A DNA stretch of 64,000 bases, taken from NCBI GenBank assembly GCA_964016885.1, contig OZ024740.1, forward strand, positions 286,998,001 through 287,062,000. Direction: 5' to 3'. The position numbers and the translations under genes were made by a program. Positions 41,243 through 53,514 of the stretch are shown one piece after another. How positions within the stretch are numbered: position 1 is the stretch's first letter; each line of letters begins with the position of its first letter. Source of the stretch: Eledone cirrhosa. Lineage: Eukaryota. Below the pieces are notes generated by a model, which was not told the origin of the DNA, did no database searches, and was given only the letters and a program-made list of their open reading frames with translations.

Positions 41243-41291
<49 letters not shown>

Positions 41292-42392
41292 TGTTATTTT
41301 TTAAACTTCCTGTCTCCCTCTTGATTGTTCTTTCTTTTTATCTCTAGCTTCCTCTTCTTGCCATTGAGTACGTTTATTTTTCTGTCATTTTCACATCTCC
41401 TTTCTTTGTTTACATGTTTAACCTTTTATCTGCTGATTGTAGCTCCTAACCGCCCCAACCTCTAACGTCATACTCCGTTTCATTTTCCTCGTTTGTTTTT
41501 TTTATCTTTCCCTCATTAATTTTTTTTCTCTACATTTTCTATTGATTTTTTTTTCATCCCGCGTGTCGTCTGTTTTCTTTCTCTTTTCTTTCTCTTTCAC
41601 ATCATTTTAAACTTTTTCGTCCCCATTATCCCAATTAACCTTATCTTTCTTTAATTATCTCATCAATGTTCTCGTTTACACTTGCTTTCTCTTTCCCTTC
41701 CCTTCATTCTGTTATCAATCCTTCCCCTCTATCTTTATCTTTCTCCCATTTTAACCTTCATTATTCTCTCCACCCTTATTCTGTATACACTAGGAAATGT
41801 TTTTGTAAATTTCTATCTAAAGAAGTAAACCTGTTGTTTTTAGGTTCAACATGAAATTGAGACCTCTTCCTCAGTATGAAATCCTTTACTTTACTTCCGC
41901 CCCTTGAACTAGAAAGTCCATATAACATACGGTTTTAATAAATCAAGCAATCGTTCACAGACGTTTCCTTTCTGTGTTTGGAAGTTTAATTAGGTCTTCT
42001 CATCTCCCTCTAACTCTCTCTGTTTCTCTTTCACGCGTTCTCTCTGTCTTTCCCATCTCTAGCTATTTCTTCCCCCCACTTCAACCCCAGTTCTGCCTGT
42101 CTCCAACTCTCTCCTCATTAACTATCGCTCTCATTTTTTCACTCCCGTCAGTTTCCATACACTTCAGTAAAACCAATGCCCCTCTCTTCAACAATGAACC
42201 CTATTGGTGTAGCAAAGAAAGGTGGCCCCTACCACCTAAATGGACTCTGTTGATGTCTCAATGAAACTCTATAGTCTTAATGATAAAAATCTTACAAAAA
42301 TCTAGCTTTCAACATAGGTTGGCTGTTTATGGTTTTTTTTCCAGGGAGGTGGGTGCATAAGGGTTGGGGAATCTGGTTATTGACTGTAGATA

Positions 42393-42448
<56 letters not shown>

Positions 42449-42491
42449 GGAATAGAATGAAACGAAATTTCATTTCTCACTCTTAGTACGG

Positions 42492-42565
<74 letters not shown>

Positions 42566-42605
42566 GATATTAAATAAATGGAAACTATATTTATAAAACC
42601 ATATT

Positions 42606-42671
42606 TATTTCATTATATATATTTCAGGGATATCATATTAACAATATGCTATGCCTTCCTCAGACAAAATA
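42606..42671 (-). ncRNA. Complete type I HHR motif within a ~310-bp insert (42562-42870) between (TA)n tracts
   Basis: Minus strand reads TATTTTGT-CTGAGGA-AGGCATAGCATATT GTT AATATGATATCCCT-GAAA-TATATAT-A-ATGAAATA. Confidence 0.7.
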
Positions 42672-42869
42672 CAATATAGACAGTTTTATAGATAAATAGA
42701 TTTGACATACCGTTCAACATCGACTTGTATTTGAAAAGTTGATTTGGTTTTATAAATATAGTTTCCATTTATTTAATATCGTAAATATACTCCAAATACT
42801 TGTTGAGTGCTTTTATATCAGTTATAAATATTTACTAGTTGTAACCCAACAATTTAAATATAACTTTCC

Positions 42870-42939
<70 letters not shown>

Positions 42940-43162
42940 TCCAGTGTGTGTGTATGTTTATAATGTATAGGCATAAGTACACACATATATATGCTCATTC
43001 ATTCATACATATATAATTTACCATTTGTCAGTCTGAGTTGTGTGGTGCCTGTAAGAAGGTGCTATGAAGATCAGGGGAGGTGGAACACACATCTATTTGT
43101 ATATGCACTACAATTTATGTACATGTCATGTTTATCGCATATAATATCTTGGTTATTATTTG

Positions 43163-43342
43163 ATAATTGTTTCTACTTTTGGCACAAGGCCAGCAATTAT
43201 CTCAGTGCATTGCTGGTACTTTATTCTATCGACCTCGTAAGAATGAAAGGCAAAGTTAACCTCGGCGGGATTTGAACTCAGACCATAAAGGGCCGTAACT
43301 CTGTGCTGCAAAACATGGCGCCCGACGCTCTATCGATACAGC
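43163..43342 (-). mobile_element. Meta-domain SINE
   Basis: Matches the 28969 family. Confidence 0.85.
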
Positions 43343-44149
43343 TGGTTAATATTTGATAATAACAGCTAAACTAATCACTACAGCCAAATTGACCAAATTT
43401 AGTTTGTGTTTTGATATATTGATAGATTCAAATGTTGTTATAGTTGTATATATTGTATAAAGCTAGTGTGGAATATATGTTGATATATACATTTATCGTT
43501 ATTGCATTGACTATAGCACCTCTGCTGTCTGCTTGCTCCAGAGAACAACAGTGTTCGGTGATCTTTTTTTTTTTATTACATTAATAAAAATTTTAAATGT
43601 ACGAATTCGTCCTTTTTCGGTTTAGTCTCTTTGGCCTGTCTTCACACAGGCTTCCTTATACTTTTTATACTCTTAGGAAAAAAATGACAGCTGGGATATC
43701 TGAGTTGTTTTGGGATTCACCTGAAACAAATTTTACAAAAGCTATGTCTGTTGTGGACGATTTTAATTGGTAGAATTATGACCAACTTGTATATTATTTA
43801 CCACATCATATGTAGTCAATTGTTCAATAGAACCATGTCACAGACTTGTTCTCTGTAGTAGTCATCAGCATAACACATGATTGGGTGGCTGTCTCCTTGA
43901 TACATGATACTTGTGTAACTATTTTTTTTATTTTGAATCCATTCATTGCTGATCTGTAGCAGCAAAATACTGTTCCCATATTGTGATGAAAACCTTCAGT
44001 AAATTTGAGCCCACAGAAAATAGATTACTGAGTTCTATTTCAGAAGAGAGCATCCTGTTGGTGTGAGATAAAAAGAGCTTAGAGAAACATTCTTTTGAGT
44101 TCTGTTTTATATAGCTAAAATGGCTGAGAGAATACTGGTTTCTCATTGA

Positions 44150-44355
44150 TTAACCCTTTTGATACCAACTCGCTCAAAAGCAGCCATGGTTCTATGAAAC
44201 AAAATTACCCATTTTTAAAGGTTTCTATTTAAATGAAAACCTTCCAACATAATTTTATTTTAGTTATGTTACAAATACCATCTTAAGGAAATAATAACTT
44301 TAGTAAATCTCTCCAAATTTTTCAATAATTAGAAATACTGTAATGAAAGGGTTAA
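44150..44355. mobile_element. piggyBac-type MITE
   Basis: TTAA-CCCTTT...AAAGGG-TTAA ends; related decayed copies near 28000-28247, 44694-44937 and 56863-57122. Confidence 0.7.
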
Positions 44356-45569
44356 CATAACTCCCGTTGCATGAGGGTCTCTTCATTAACCCCTCCCCCC
44401 CTCTAGATTTCAGTAACTGATAAGCATCAAAACAAGAAAGAGGTAGTCAAGGGAGTGAATGGTAGAAATGGTGCCTTGGCCAAGGAATTGAGAGAAACCC
44501 ACTATGTATGCTGACAATAGATGCAAGTGAGGCCTGCAAGCACGTACTTTCATACAAGTAAGTCTGTAGAAAATGTGTATAGTATACACTTTTGTACAAG
44601 CGAGTTTATAGAAAGTCAATGAACAATGGAATTAGCATTTTTGTAAAGCATTACATATATGATTTATATATATATACAAAACCACAACATGCTTTAATCC
44701 TTTGTTACCATATTTCTAATGAAAGATACTATCTATAATTTTCAAATTATTTTGAAAATATTCAAGAATTTGGAAGGATTTAGTAATATAGCTAACTTAC
44801 TCTTTGTTAATCTGGTATTTTGAACATAACAAAGGTCCTTCCATAAATTTATGATGAAATATTTCTAGATAAATATAAACATGTTTGTATTATAGAACCA
44901 GGGGTGGTTTCAGGCAGTTTGGTATTGAAATAGTTAAATAAAAACTTAGCTGGAAAGTAAAGTAAAATAGTTTGTTGCTTCATTGTTGAGTTGTATCAGC
45001 TCATGAAAGTGATGTTGGTACTTCAGTGTCACTGCCGACTGATGACTTCTGCATAATGGTATCTAGGTTGACATGTTATGGGAGTGATAGTAGAAATTTG
45101 AGATCTCATGGGTGATATTGGAAACAAAATAGCTTGAATGGGAGTCACACCATGTTCTGGAATAAATATTTATTATTTAATTAATCATGTTGCCAAACAT
45201 ATGCATGACTGAACATTTCAACTATATTCTATATCCTACTTGATATATATCATCATCATAATTTTACGAGTGCCTTCTATGTAACCATATATATGTGTAT
45301 ATATATATATCTATGTTTATATATATAATAGATAGGTATGTATATATGTATGTATGCTAATATGATATAAATATAGAGATACACACACACATATACCCAT
45401 ATACAAACAAATGAGAATAACTTTTTCCCTTCTACCAGCTTAGAGTCTCTTAAAGTATGCTGCCATTCCACCTCTGACTAAATCATTACACATATATATA
45501 ATCATCATCATGTATCCGCCTAGTATTGAATCATGAGAATGAGTCAATAACATAGTAGAGAGTAATATT

Positions 45570-45675
45570 TCCTTTATTAAGGTCAAGTTTGAGTTTTGTT
45601 AATCTGGTGTTTCTCCTGCGTACTCACTGCTGAAACTCCAGAGTAACAAAACTCAAACTTTGCCTTAATAAAGAA
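45570..45675 (+). mobile_element. Fold-back element with HHR 3' half (family G)
   Basis: Inverted arms CTTTATTAAGGTCAAGTTTGAGTTTTGTTA / TAACAAAACTCAAACTTTGCCTTAATAAAG; GAAA-CTC CA GAG-TA. Confidence 0.55.
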
Positions 45676-45760
45676 TATATATGTATGTAATATATTGAGT
45701 AATGGTCTAACTAGTTTTAAACTGGTTCTATCCTGATATGTAATATATATATATATATAT

Positions 45761-45858
45761 ATAGGAACCAACTGGTTCCTATTACCCACTCTACTACCCC
45801 AAGTATTGAGTACATTGGTGCGTTATGGTCCACCTGGTTCCTTACCACATTTCCTTCG

Positions 45859-45862
<4 letters not shown>
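45761..45862 (+). mobile_element. Family A tail only, with a 10-bp fold-back
   Basis: ATAGGAACCA-AC-TGGTTCCTAT then the same tail as 18095-18180; (TA)n on both sides. Confidence 0.7.
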
Positions 45863-45900
<38 letters not shown>

Positions 45901-45902
45901 TG

Positions 45903-46117
45903 TGAAGGCGTGTGGCTGAGTGGTTAGAGAATTGGATTCACAATCTTGAGGTTGTGAGTTCGATTCGCAGACCGGGCGATGCGTTATGTCCTTGGGCAAG
46001 ACACTTTATTTCACGTTGTTCCTTCTACCTGGAGTTGTGACCGATAGATAGTACTAGCAACTGGAAAGACCGACGGAATCATTGTTTCCTCGGTCCGATT
46101 TGACGAAAGTCGATCGA
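45903..46117 (+). mobile_element. tRNA-headed SINE with TGTCCTTGGGCAAGACACTT domain
   Basis: A box TGGCTGAGTGG, B box GAGTTCGATTC; an internally deleted sibling lies at 40728-40900. Confidence 0.8.
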
Positions 46118-46136
46118 AAAAAAATATATATATATA

Positions 46137-46471
46137 TGCACATGGCTTAGTGGTTAGAGCATTGGCCTTGCAATCGAAAGGTTGTGAGTTCAATTCTCAG
46201 ACCGGGTGATATGTTGTTTCCTTGAGCAAGAGACTTTATTTCACATTGCTCCAGTTTACTCAGCTGTAGAAATGAGATGATAGGGACTGGGGTCCCTATC
46301 ATTCCACTGCAAAGTGGTCGTGGAGGTGCCACGGCAAAAAAGCACCCAGCACTCACTGTAAATGAGGTTGGTGTTAGGAAGGGCATCCAGCTGTAGAAAT
46401 CAAGCCTGAATCAGTTCCCGTCCCACCCTTGCAAGCAGGGAAAAGCGGACGTAAAATGATGATGATGATGA

Positions 46472-46474
<3 letters not shown>
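46137..46474 (+). mobile_element. Full-length tRNA-headed, RTE-tailed SINE
   Basis: A box TGGCTTAGTGG, B box GAGTTCAATTC, (ATG)n tail; close copy at 60415-60726 on the minus strand. Confidence 0.9.
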
Positions 46475-46502
<28 letters not shown>

Positions 46503-46507
<5 letters not shown>

Positions 46508-46871
46508 TAAAATAACAGATTAAAGTTTAAGCAAAGAATCGCTGCTTTCACCCTTAACAGGATCTTCTGAAACTAAAAAAAATCAATCTGTGAACGCAGA
46601 AGTAAATATTTCGAAGAAAACAGGAAGATGATACTTTGGTTCGTGAAGATGTTCCCTGGCAATGAACGGAAAAAAGCAATCCTTATTGAGCCCTCTTTGG
46701 ATTTTAGTCTTCACATTTATTATTATTCTTCAGAAGATCCTGTTAAGGGTGAAAGCAGTGATTCTTTGCTTAAATTTTAATCTGTTATTTTAATAAATAT
46801 TTGCTCTAGGGTTCTTATATATTTGATATATATTTATCTTTATCGAGCCCTCTTTGGATTTTAGTCTTCAC

Positions 46872-46875
<4 letters not shown>
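46503..46875 (+). mobile_element. Family C fold-back terminus with rearranged centre
   Basis: Inverted arm 46503-46680, duplicated tail piece 46681-46728, sense arm 46729-46875. Confidence 0.7.
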
Positions 46876-46905
<30 letters not shown>

Positions 46906-47597
46906 TTTATTCTTTGAGTCTCAGTCATTGATGTTATTTAACTGGAAAGTTTGTTGAAATGAATATCAAGCCACTACCAGCAGCCTCAGATATTCAGGAC
47001 GTATCGGAGGGTTCTTGCTGTTCCCAGCAAGCATGCCTTTTGAAGTGTTCCAAAATGCGGGGCTGGACTAATTTTCTTTAATCATCCTTGGAAACTCTTT
47101 GAGATAGTACCTAGTGCGCCTATGACAATCGGGACGACTCTGATTTCATGGCAGTTCCAAATCCTTTTTACATTCCACTTTAAGTCCTGGTATCGGTTAA
47201 TTTTCTCCCTCTCCTTTTCTTGCACTCTCGTGTCGAATGGGCAGGCTACATCTACAATCAGGCACGATTTTTTTTCATTCTCCAAAACCACCAGGTCAGG
47301 CCTATTGTGTTCCAGTTTCTTGTCCGTTTGTATCTTAAAATCCCATAGCACCTTCACCTGATCGTTTTCTATCACCGACTGGTGCCAGTGGTTCACCCTG
47401 CCCATCACATCATGTCTCCAGCCTTTATAGCGAGTCTGGGCTAGGTGTTTACTCTCGGATACAATGTGAGGCACAGTCTCCTCTCCACAGATCCTACACA
47501 GTGGGCTATCCTCCTCCTTGTAAATATGGTGTTTCACTCACTTCGTTCTGAGGGCTTGCTCTTGCGCAGCCATTAGCATTCCTTCCGTAGCCTTCGA
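46876..47597 (-). mobile_element. R4/Dong-like RLE non-LTR 3' fragment ending in (TAA)n
   Basis: TEGMLMAAQEQAL...CRICGEETVPHIVS...RHD...VLWDFKIQTDKKLEHNRPDLVV...DVACP...VIGALG...LQKACLLGT. Confidence 0.88.
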
Positions 47598-49143
47598 TCG
47601 GCACTTCACTAAGAGAATACGAAGCGGTGACAGGAGCAATGATCAACCAGGAAAAGTCAGTGGGCCTGCAGCTCGGCACCTGGAGAGGCAGGTCAATGCC
47701 GTCCAACAGTGTCGTCGGGCACTGGTCGGACGGACCGGTTAAATTGCTAGGGGTCTGGTTCGGTCCGGACCTCTAGATGGGCAAAAACTGGGACGAGGTG
47801 ATGAGCAGGGTAGCTTCTCTCACCCATAAATGGGTGGAGAGGAAGCTATCCCTGAAAGGTTGAGCGGAGGTGGCTAACGCGTACATCGCGTCCGTCATCT
47901 ACTACCGCCTGACCGCCGTACCTTGTTCTAAGCCCTGCCTGACTGCGCTGGAGCGTTTGCTCTTTTGCCTTTTGTGGAAGGGACGCGCTCCGATGGTCAG
48001 GCAGTCCATCTGCTGTCAACACCCGCTACGTGGAGGGCTGGGCATGTCGTGGCTGATGATGTGCAGACACGTGCTCAGGCTACGACATCTCCACCTCTTC
48101 CTCGACGGTGATCAGGTGTGGTCGCCGTTTGCTAGACGCGTCTTTCCCCAGCTCGTCTTTCCCGAGCTGCAGTCCTGGGTCAAGCAAAGACCGAGAGGGA
48201 GAGCTTGGAGACTGGAATGTCTTCAGGCGCTCACAGCCCTCGACCAATCAGGCATCGACCAATCAGGCAATGTGATCAGTGGAAACTCCACCTTGGCGTT
48301 CTATAGAGGATTAGTGGAGGGGAAGAACGACGACGTACTTGCGGAAACTCTAGGCATCGACGAAAATCAACTAGCCGATCTCTTTGGAAGAACTTTCAGG
48401 CCGGGGCCTATGGACAACTTCCAGAAATCCTTGACCTGGCAGTGCTACCGAGGAGCTTTGCCAGTTCGGGATAACCTCTACAGGCATGGAGGTGGCGTCA
48501 GCCGGGCATGTCCGAGATGTGCGCAGGGCGACGAAACCATCCTGCACGCACTCGTCCAGTGTCCGAGCATTGTTGACTTGTGGGTTTATATCGAACACCT
48601 GCTGTCGCGTGTAGGACGGATTCAGCTATCAGCTGAGTCCATCGTGAGGATTGCCCCGCCCTCTTCCTTTGGCCATGGCAAAAGAGATAGTATGGTGGAC
48701 ACGTTTGAAAGGGCTGAAGACGAGCACTTACCTCTTCGGTGATACCCTGATTAACTTTTTCAAATTTCATTTGAAAAGGAAAATCAGGGTAGAGAGGGAA
48801 GTGCTCTCTTCCCAGCATTTTGTTGAAAGATGGGTGAGAGAAGCAAGTATGGCCCGAGTGAATGGGCCTACTCTGAGTATGTGTCTGTAAATTAAAGGTG
48901 GAAAACTGGGAGAGGGCACTTGCCCTGGTGGTCAGGGTCACTGTGGCTTTTTAATGGGCTTTCTCCACGAATGTCCCTCGGAAGTCTCCCCCGTATTGGG
49001 GAATTTTTCATTGTTATTTTTTTGTTACATCCTGTTTTTTTTTTTTTTTTACACGCAGAAATGCCCATTTGTACCGTCCTGTATTGTCCTGTACTGTCCT
49101 TAATGTCTACTTTGTGTAAACCCTTGTGGTTAATAAACAAAGC

Positions 49144-49160
<17 letters not shown>
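47598..49160 (+). mobile_element. Tx1/L1-clade LINE ORF2 3' part, pseudogene
   Basis: INQEKS...KLLGVWFG...KLSLKG...GGLG...CPRCAQGDETILHALVQC (zf-RVT-like); stops and a frameshift; 3' UTR and (ATT)n tail. Confidence 0.9.
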
Positions 49161-49175
<15 letters not shown>

Positions 49176-49185
49176 TATATATATT

Positions 49186-49394
49186 TTTTTTAAACAGATT
49201 AAAGTTTAAGCAAAGAACTGCTGCTTTCACCCTTAACGGGATCTTCTGAAGATCCCGTTAAGAGTGAAAGCAGCAGTTCTTTACTTAAACTTTAATCTGT
49301 TATTTTAATAAATATTTGCTCTAGGGTTCTTATATATTTGATATATATTTATCCTTATCAAGCCCTCTTTGGATTTTAGTCTTTACATTTCTTA

Positions 49395-49395
<1 letters not shown>
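49186..49395 (+). mobile_element. Family C fold-back terminus
   Basis: Palindrome centred near 49248 (GGGATCTTC-T-GAAGATCCC); (TA)n on both sides. Confidence 0.7.
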
Positions 49396-49444
<49 letters not shown>

Positions 49445-49447
<3 letters not shown>

Positions 49448-49867
49448 TCATCGTTTAATGTCCATCTTCCACACTAGCATGGGTTAGATGGTTTTGTTCG
49501 CTTGTACGGAAGTGTCTCTGGCATGTTTTTTACAGTTGGAGGCCGTTCCTAACACCAACCACATTTACAGTGTGGACTGTTGTCTCATCGACACAGTGGA
49601 TGGAACGGGAAAGGGAGGATGGTGTGGGGTGGGGTGTACATTGGGTTAAGAGGTGCCTACTGACTGTAGGTTTGTATGCAATGGCAGTCGGGTCTTCTGT
49701 ACAACTGCATGGCGCCAAAGATCTCGATCCAGTGTCATTGTCTTAGAGAGGTGTAAGTGAGCAAGGTCAGTTTTTATCACCTCGTCCCAGGTTTTCTTGG
49801 TCTACCCACTCCGTAGCTTCCATCAATTTTCATTGCCCTGTACTTTTTTACACAGCTGTCGTCCTTC

Positions 49868-49870
<3 letters not shown>
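49445..49870 (-). mobile_element. RTE LINE 3' end
   Basis: Reverse-complement (ATG)n tail and a GRPRK motif near 49790-49810. Confidence 0.65.
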
Positions 49871-49911
<41 letters not shown>

Positions 49912-49970
49912 TCAACATCATCATTTTACATTTGTTGTTCCACACTTGCATGAGTTGGACAATATATATA

Positions 49971-50071
49971 CAGGGTGTCCTCAACAAATGTATACACACT
50001 TCAAAAGCATTCTAATAAATATTGCCTGTACAGGTACTCAAAGTGTCTGCTCTTTTTGGGGGGACACCCTG
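49971..50071. mobile_element. ~100-bp Tc1/mariner MITE
   Basis: TA-CAGGGTGTCC...GGACACCCTG TIRs. Confidence 0.75.
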
Positions 50072-50349
50072 TGTGTGTATATATATATATATACATATAT
50101 TACAGGAATTAAAAGAACCTCTATCAGTTTCAACAATAAGTTGTCTCAGCTGTTCAACCAATGGAGCAGTCTGTTTATATTATTAACTTGTAAGTGGCTG
50201 AGCATTCCACAGACATCTACCCTTAACTTAATTATCAAGGATAATGATATGTTTTTGGTGTATGATGTGATGGTTGCTAGAAAACATATTTTGGTTTTCA
50301 TCCAATATTTGTTTTACTTGGGATTTCACTGACATTTATATATAGTATA

Positions 50350-50500
50350 GGTGTGTTAGGGTGTGTTATGTTTGTTTGGGTGTGTTATGTATTTGGGTAT
50401 GTTATGTTTGTTAGGGTGTGTTATGTTTGTTTGGGTGTGTTATGTATTTGGGTATGTTATGTTTGTTAGGGTGTGTTATGTTTGTTTGGAGTTGGGTATG
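50350..50500. repeat. Minisatellite (GGGTGTGTTATGTTTGTTT-like)
   Basis: 16-20-bp units with a ~54-bp higher-order repeat; followed by (TACA)n at about 50590-50750. Confidence 0.85.
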
Positions 50501-51772
50501 TGCGTGTCTGTGTATTCTATGTGAGGTTAGTGATTATTAATGTACAGTTTGAACGGCTTTGCAATAAAAGTTCATTGAAATATACATATAAACACACACA
50601 TACACACATACATACATACATACATACATAAACACATACATAAACACATACATACATACATAAACACATACATAAACACATACATACATACATACATACA
50701 TACATACATACATACATACATACATACATACATACATACATACATACACATATATATATATATATAAGAGATAGAGAGAAAGGAAATCAGTTAAGGGAAA
50801 GAAGAATTGTAGTAGTTTGTGAAGCTTAGAAGTGATGGAAGGAATATGGTTGGATACATTGAGAAAGTTTAGGTGGTTTCATGGAGACATGACATTGTTG
50901 TTGTAGTGGAAAGAGAGACAGAGAGGGGACACAGCTTAACAGTAGGACAATGTCTGTAGATTAGGTTAGAATTTCTTGGATGAAGTTTCAAAAAGTTATG
51001 GAAGTGTGTGAGTGATAGCAGTGTTCCAAATATGTGAGTAGTAAAATATAAGATATGCATCTGCCTCCTAAAGCACTGAAGAACTTTTAAGAGACCATTA
51101 CTTAGCTCTAGTTACATGGTCTTAATCAGATGAGAGAGATAAATTTTCCCCCTGGATAAGATGCCTGGCTATATCTGTTTAAAAAAATAAAAATAATAAT
51201 CTGAGGATACTACTAGTGAATGCTTACATTAGCAAAATACAGTATAATTCCTAAAATATATGTTCCATTACTGTGGCAAGAATTAAGTTCCAAGGTTTCA
51301 GACAAGGCCTCTCTTTGAAGGAAGGCAGAGTATCTTAGACATAATTAGAGAAGAGGGGTTGCAAATCACAGAAAATAGAAATGTTAAAAAACTACATTCT
51401 GAAAAGTGAGCAATGTTCTGTATTGGCCAAAACAGTTAATAATAGGTTTGTGTGCTAAGAGGAGAATTAAGTTTCAGCATGTTTCTGAACATGTACATTA
51501 AAACAAGGCAAATTAAAACAAAATATGCATCTGAACTAAATTTTAAGAATAAGCCTTGAATATTTGAAATGAATATTTTGAAAAAGAAGAGGGAATTTGT
51601 TAATAAAGTCATAGGAGTGAGAAAAAAAGGGAGATAAAAAAAAAGCTTAGAAAATAAATATACATATTTACAGATACATAATATATATTATTGTGTTGAA
51701 TTAATTATAATTGTATTTCCCTGAACATGTGTTTGAATGAAAGGGCTGTTCCCTACACATAGACACATAAAC

Positions 51773-51821
<49 letters not shown>

Positions 51822-52364
51822 GGGGGGGGGCAATGAAAGAGGATAAATTAGAAGTTACTAAGGGAATTACAAGACCTTTAGAATAAATCATTTTTGAAAG
51901 TTGTACCAAAACTCAAAAGTATACACCCAATTGTTGTATTGGTGAATACTACAAAACCCTGTGTGTATGATATAATGGTGTAGAAATGTGTACACACACC
52001 CATGCATACATACATATATACATACATGCACACTTACCTATATATTTTGCCCAGGACTTGTCATTCTTAAAAGCCATTAACATTTTCAGTTTGATGTCAA
52101 ACTGGTGCATGGTGAAAAAAATATCTGATGTATGGAAGAACTGTGTAACTTTCTTATCATGCCCCAGTTATGGCTAATTACTTTAGATTACTTCAGTCTC
52201 TAATCACTTGCCATTACAGAGCTGAAAGTAATTTTCTCATTTAGCTATCTTTGGGGTTTCATGGTAAAAACAGATTTGTTATAAAGTAGTTGGTGAACTA
52301 TATATTGTTTAAGAAAGTCATGAATAACATTCGCTTACATTTTATTTAGGAAATTGCCATGGAT

Positions 52365-52720
52365 ATAGCATGGCCATATGGGTAAGTAGTTCACTTCATA
52401 ATCATTAGGACTTTTGTTTGATTTCACTGTGTGGAATCCTGGGCAAATGTCATTTGTTATAACCTCTGGTTCACCCATGCCTTGTGAGTGAAACTGGGCA
52501 GACAGAAACTGTTTGGAAGCTTGTTGGATGGACTGTACCTGTAATTCAACATGTCTGCTTTGTCAGACAGTGTCACACTAAACCACCGTGATAATTAATG
52601 TTAAGGGTACAATTGTCTGTGGAATGCTCAGCCACTTACATGTTAATTTCATGAGCAGGCTGTGCTGTTGATTGAAGAACTTGAATATTCATTCATCGAA
52701 ACTGACGGGGTCCATTCCAT
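52365..52720 (+). mobile_element. Old SINE-like element
   Basis: Decayed tRNA-like head and CCTGGGCAAATGTC; the 3' part matches 50120-50235 in reverse complement. Confidence 0.5.
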
Positions 52721-52803
52721 TAGAAATTCTGAATAAATGTGCACATACCATGTGCATATATGTCTGTGCAAGGTTTTATTTTATGTATATATATGTATGC
52801 ATA

Positions 52804-53320
52804 ATATAAGTTAAAACAATGAAATAAAAAATCAAGTTCTTAGAGATATACTTCACTGCTTTACAATCGTTTCTAGATGATGATAATACATTGTAGCTAT
52901 ACTCAGTTATTGATCTATGTAAGGTTAGTTACAAACTATCAGATAAAGAGAATATTTGCTTACATGCATATCACCAGCTGTTTTCAAAAGCAAAGATTGC
53001 TTTTGAAAACAGCTGGTGATATGCATGTAAGCAAATGTTCTCTTTATCTGATAGTTTGTAACTAACCTTACATAGATCAATAACTGAGTATAGCTACAAT
53101 GTATTATCATCATCTAGAAACGATTGTAAAGCAGTGAAGTATATCTCTAAGAACTTGATTTTTTATTTCATTGTTTTAACTTATATCATGACTCTGTTTT
53201 CCTTTTAATGTTTTATTGTTTTCCGAGATTTATCTTAACCTACAACATTTTCAATATATGGATTACATCGAGTTCTTCATGCAGAATAGACCCCACAACT
53301 TACTGTGGATACCTCTGTGT
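52804..53320 (+). mobile_element. Near-perfect 383-bp palindrome plus tail (family E) with a degenerate long-stem HHR
   Basis: Arms 52804-52993 / 52997-53186, one mismatch seen; relatives at 27449-27520 and 29620-29845 (minus). Confidence 0.75.
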
Positions 53321-53514
53321 ATATGTATGTATGTTTTTCTTGTGTACATATAAGCATGCAAGTCTGCATATAAGTCTGTGTGAGTTATGCGTACATGTCT
53401 TTCCATGCAATTGTGTGCATATCTGTATAAGCACACGTATATATTGTTGTCATCATCATCATCATCATTTAATGTATATCTTCCTTACTCGCAAAGGCTG
53501 TGTACATATATATA

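Noticed and set aside
43830-45060. Isolated CTGATGA words (43862 minus, 45039 plus) as hammerheads
   Set aside because: No paired GAAA or stems found.
46137-46210. tRNA gene
   Set aside because: A and B boxes are present but there is no proper acceptor stem, and it continues into a multi-copy SINE body.
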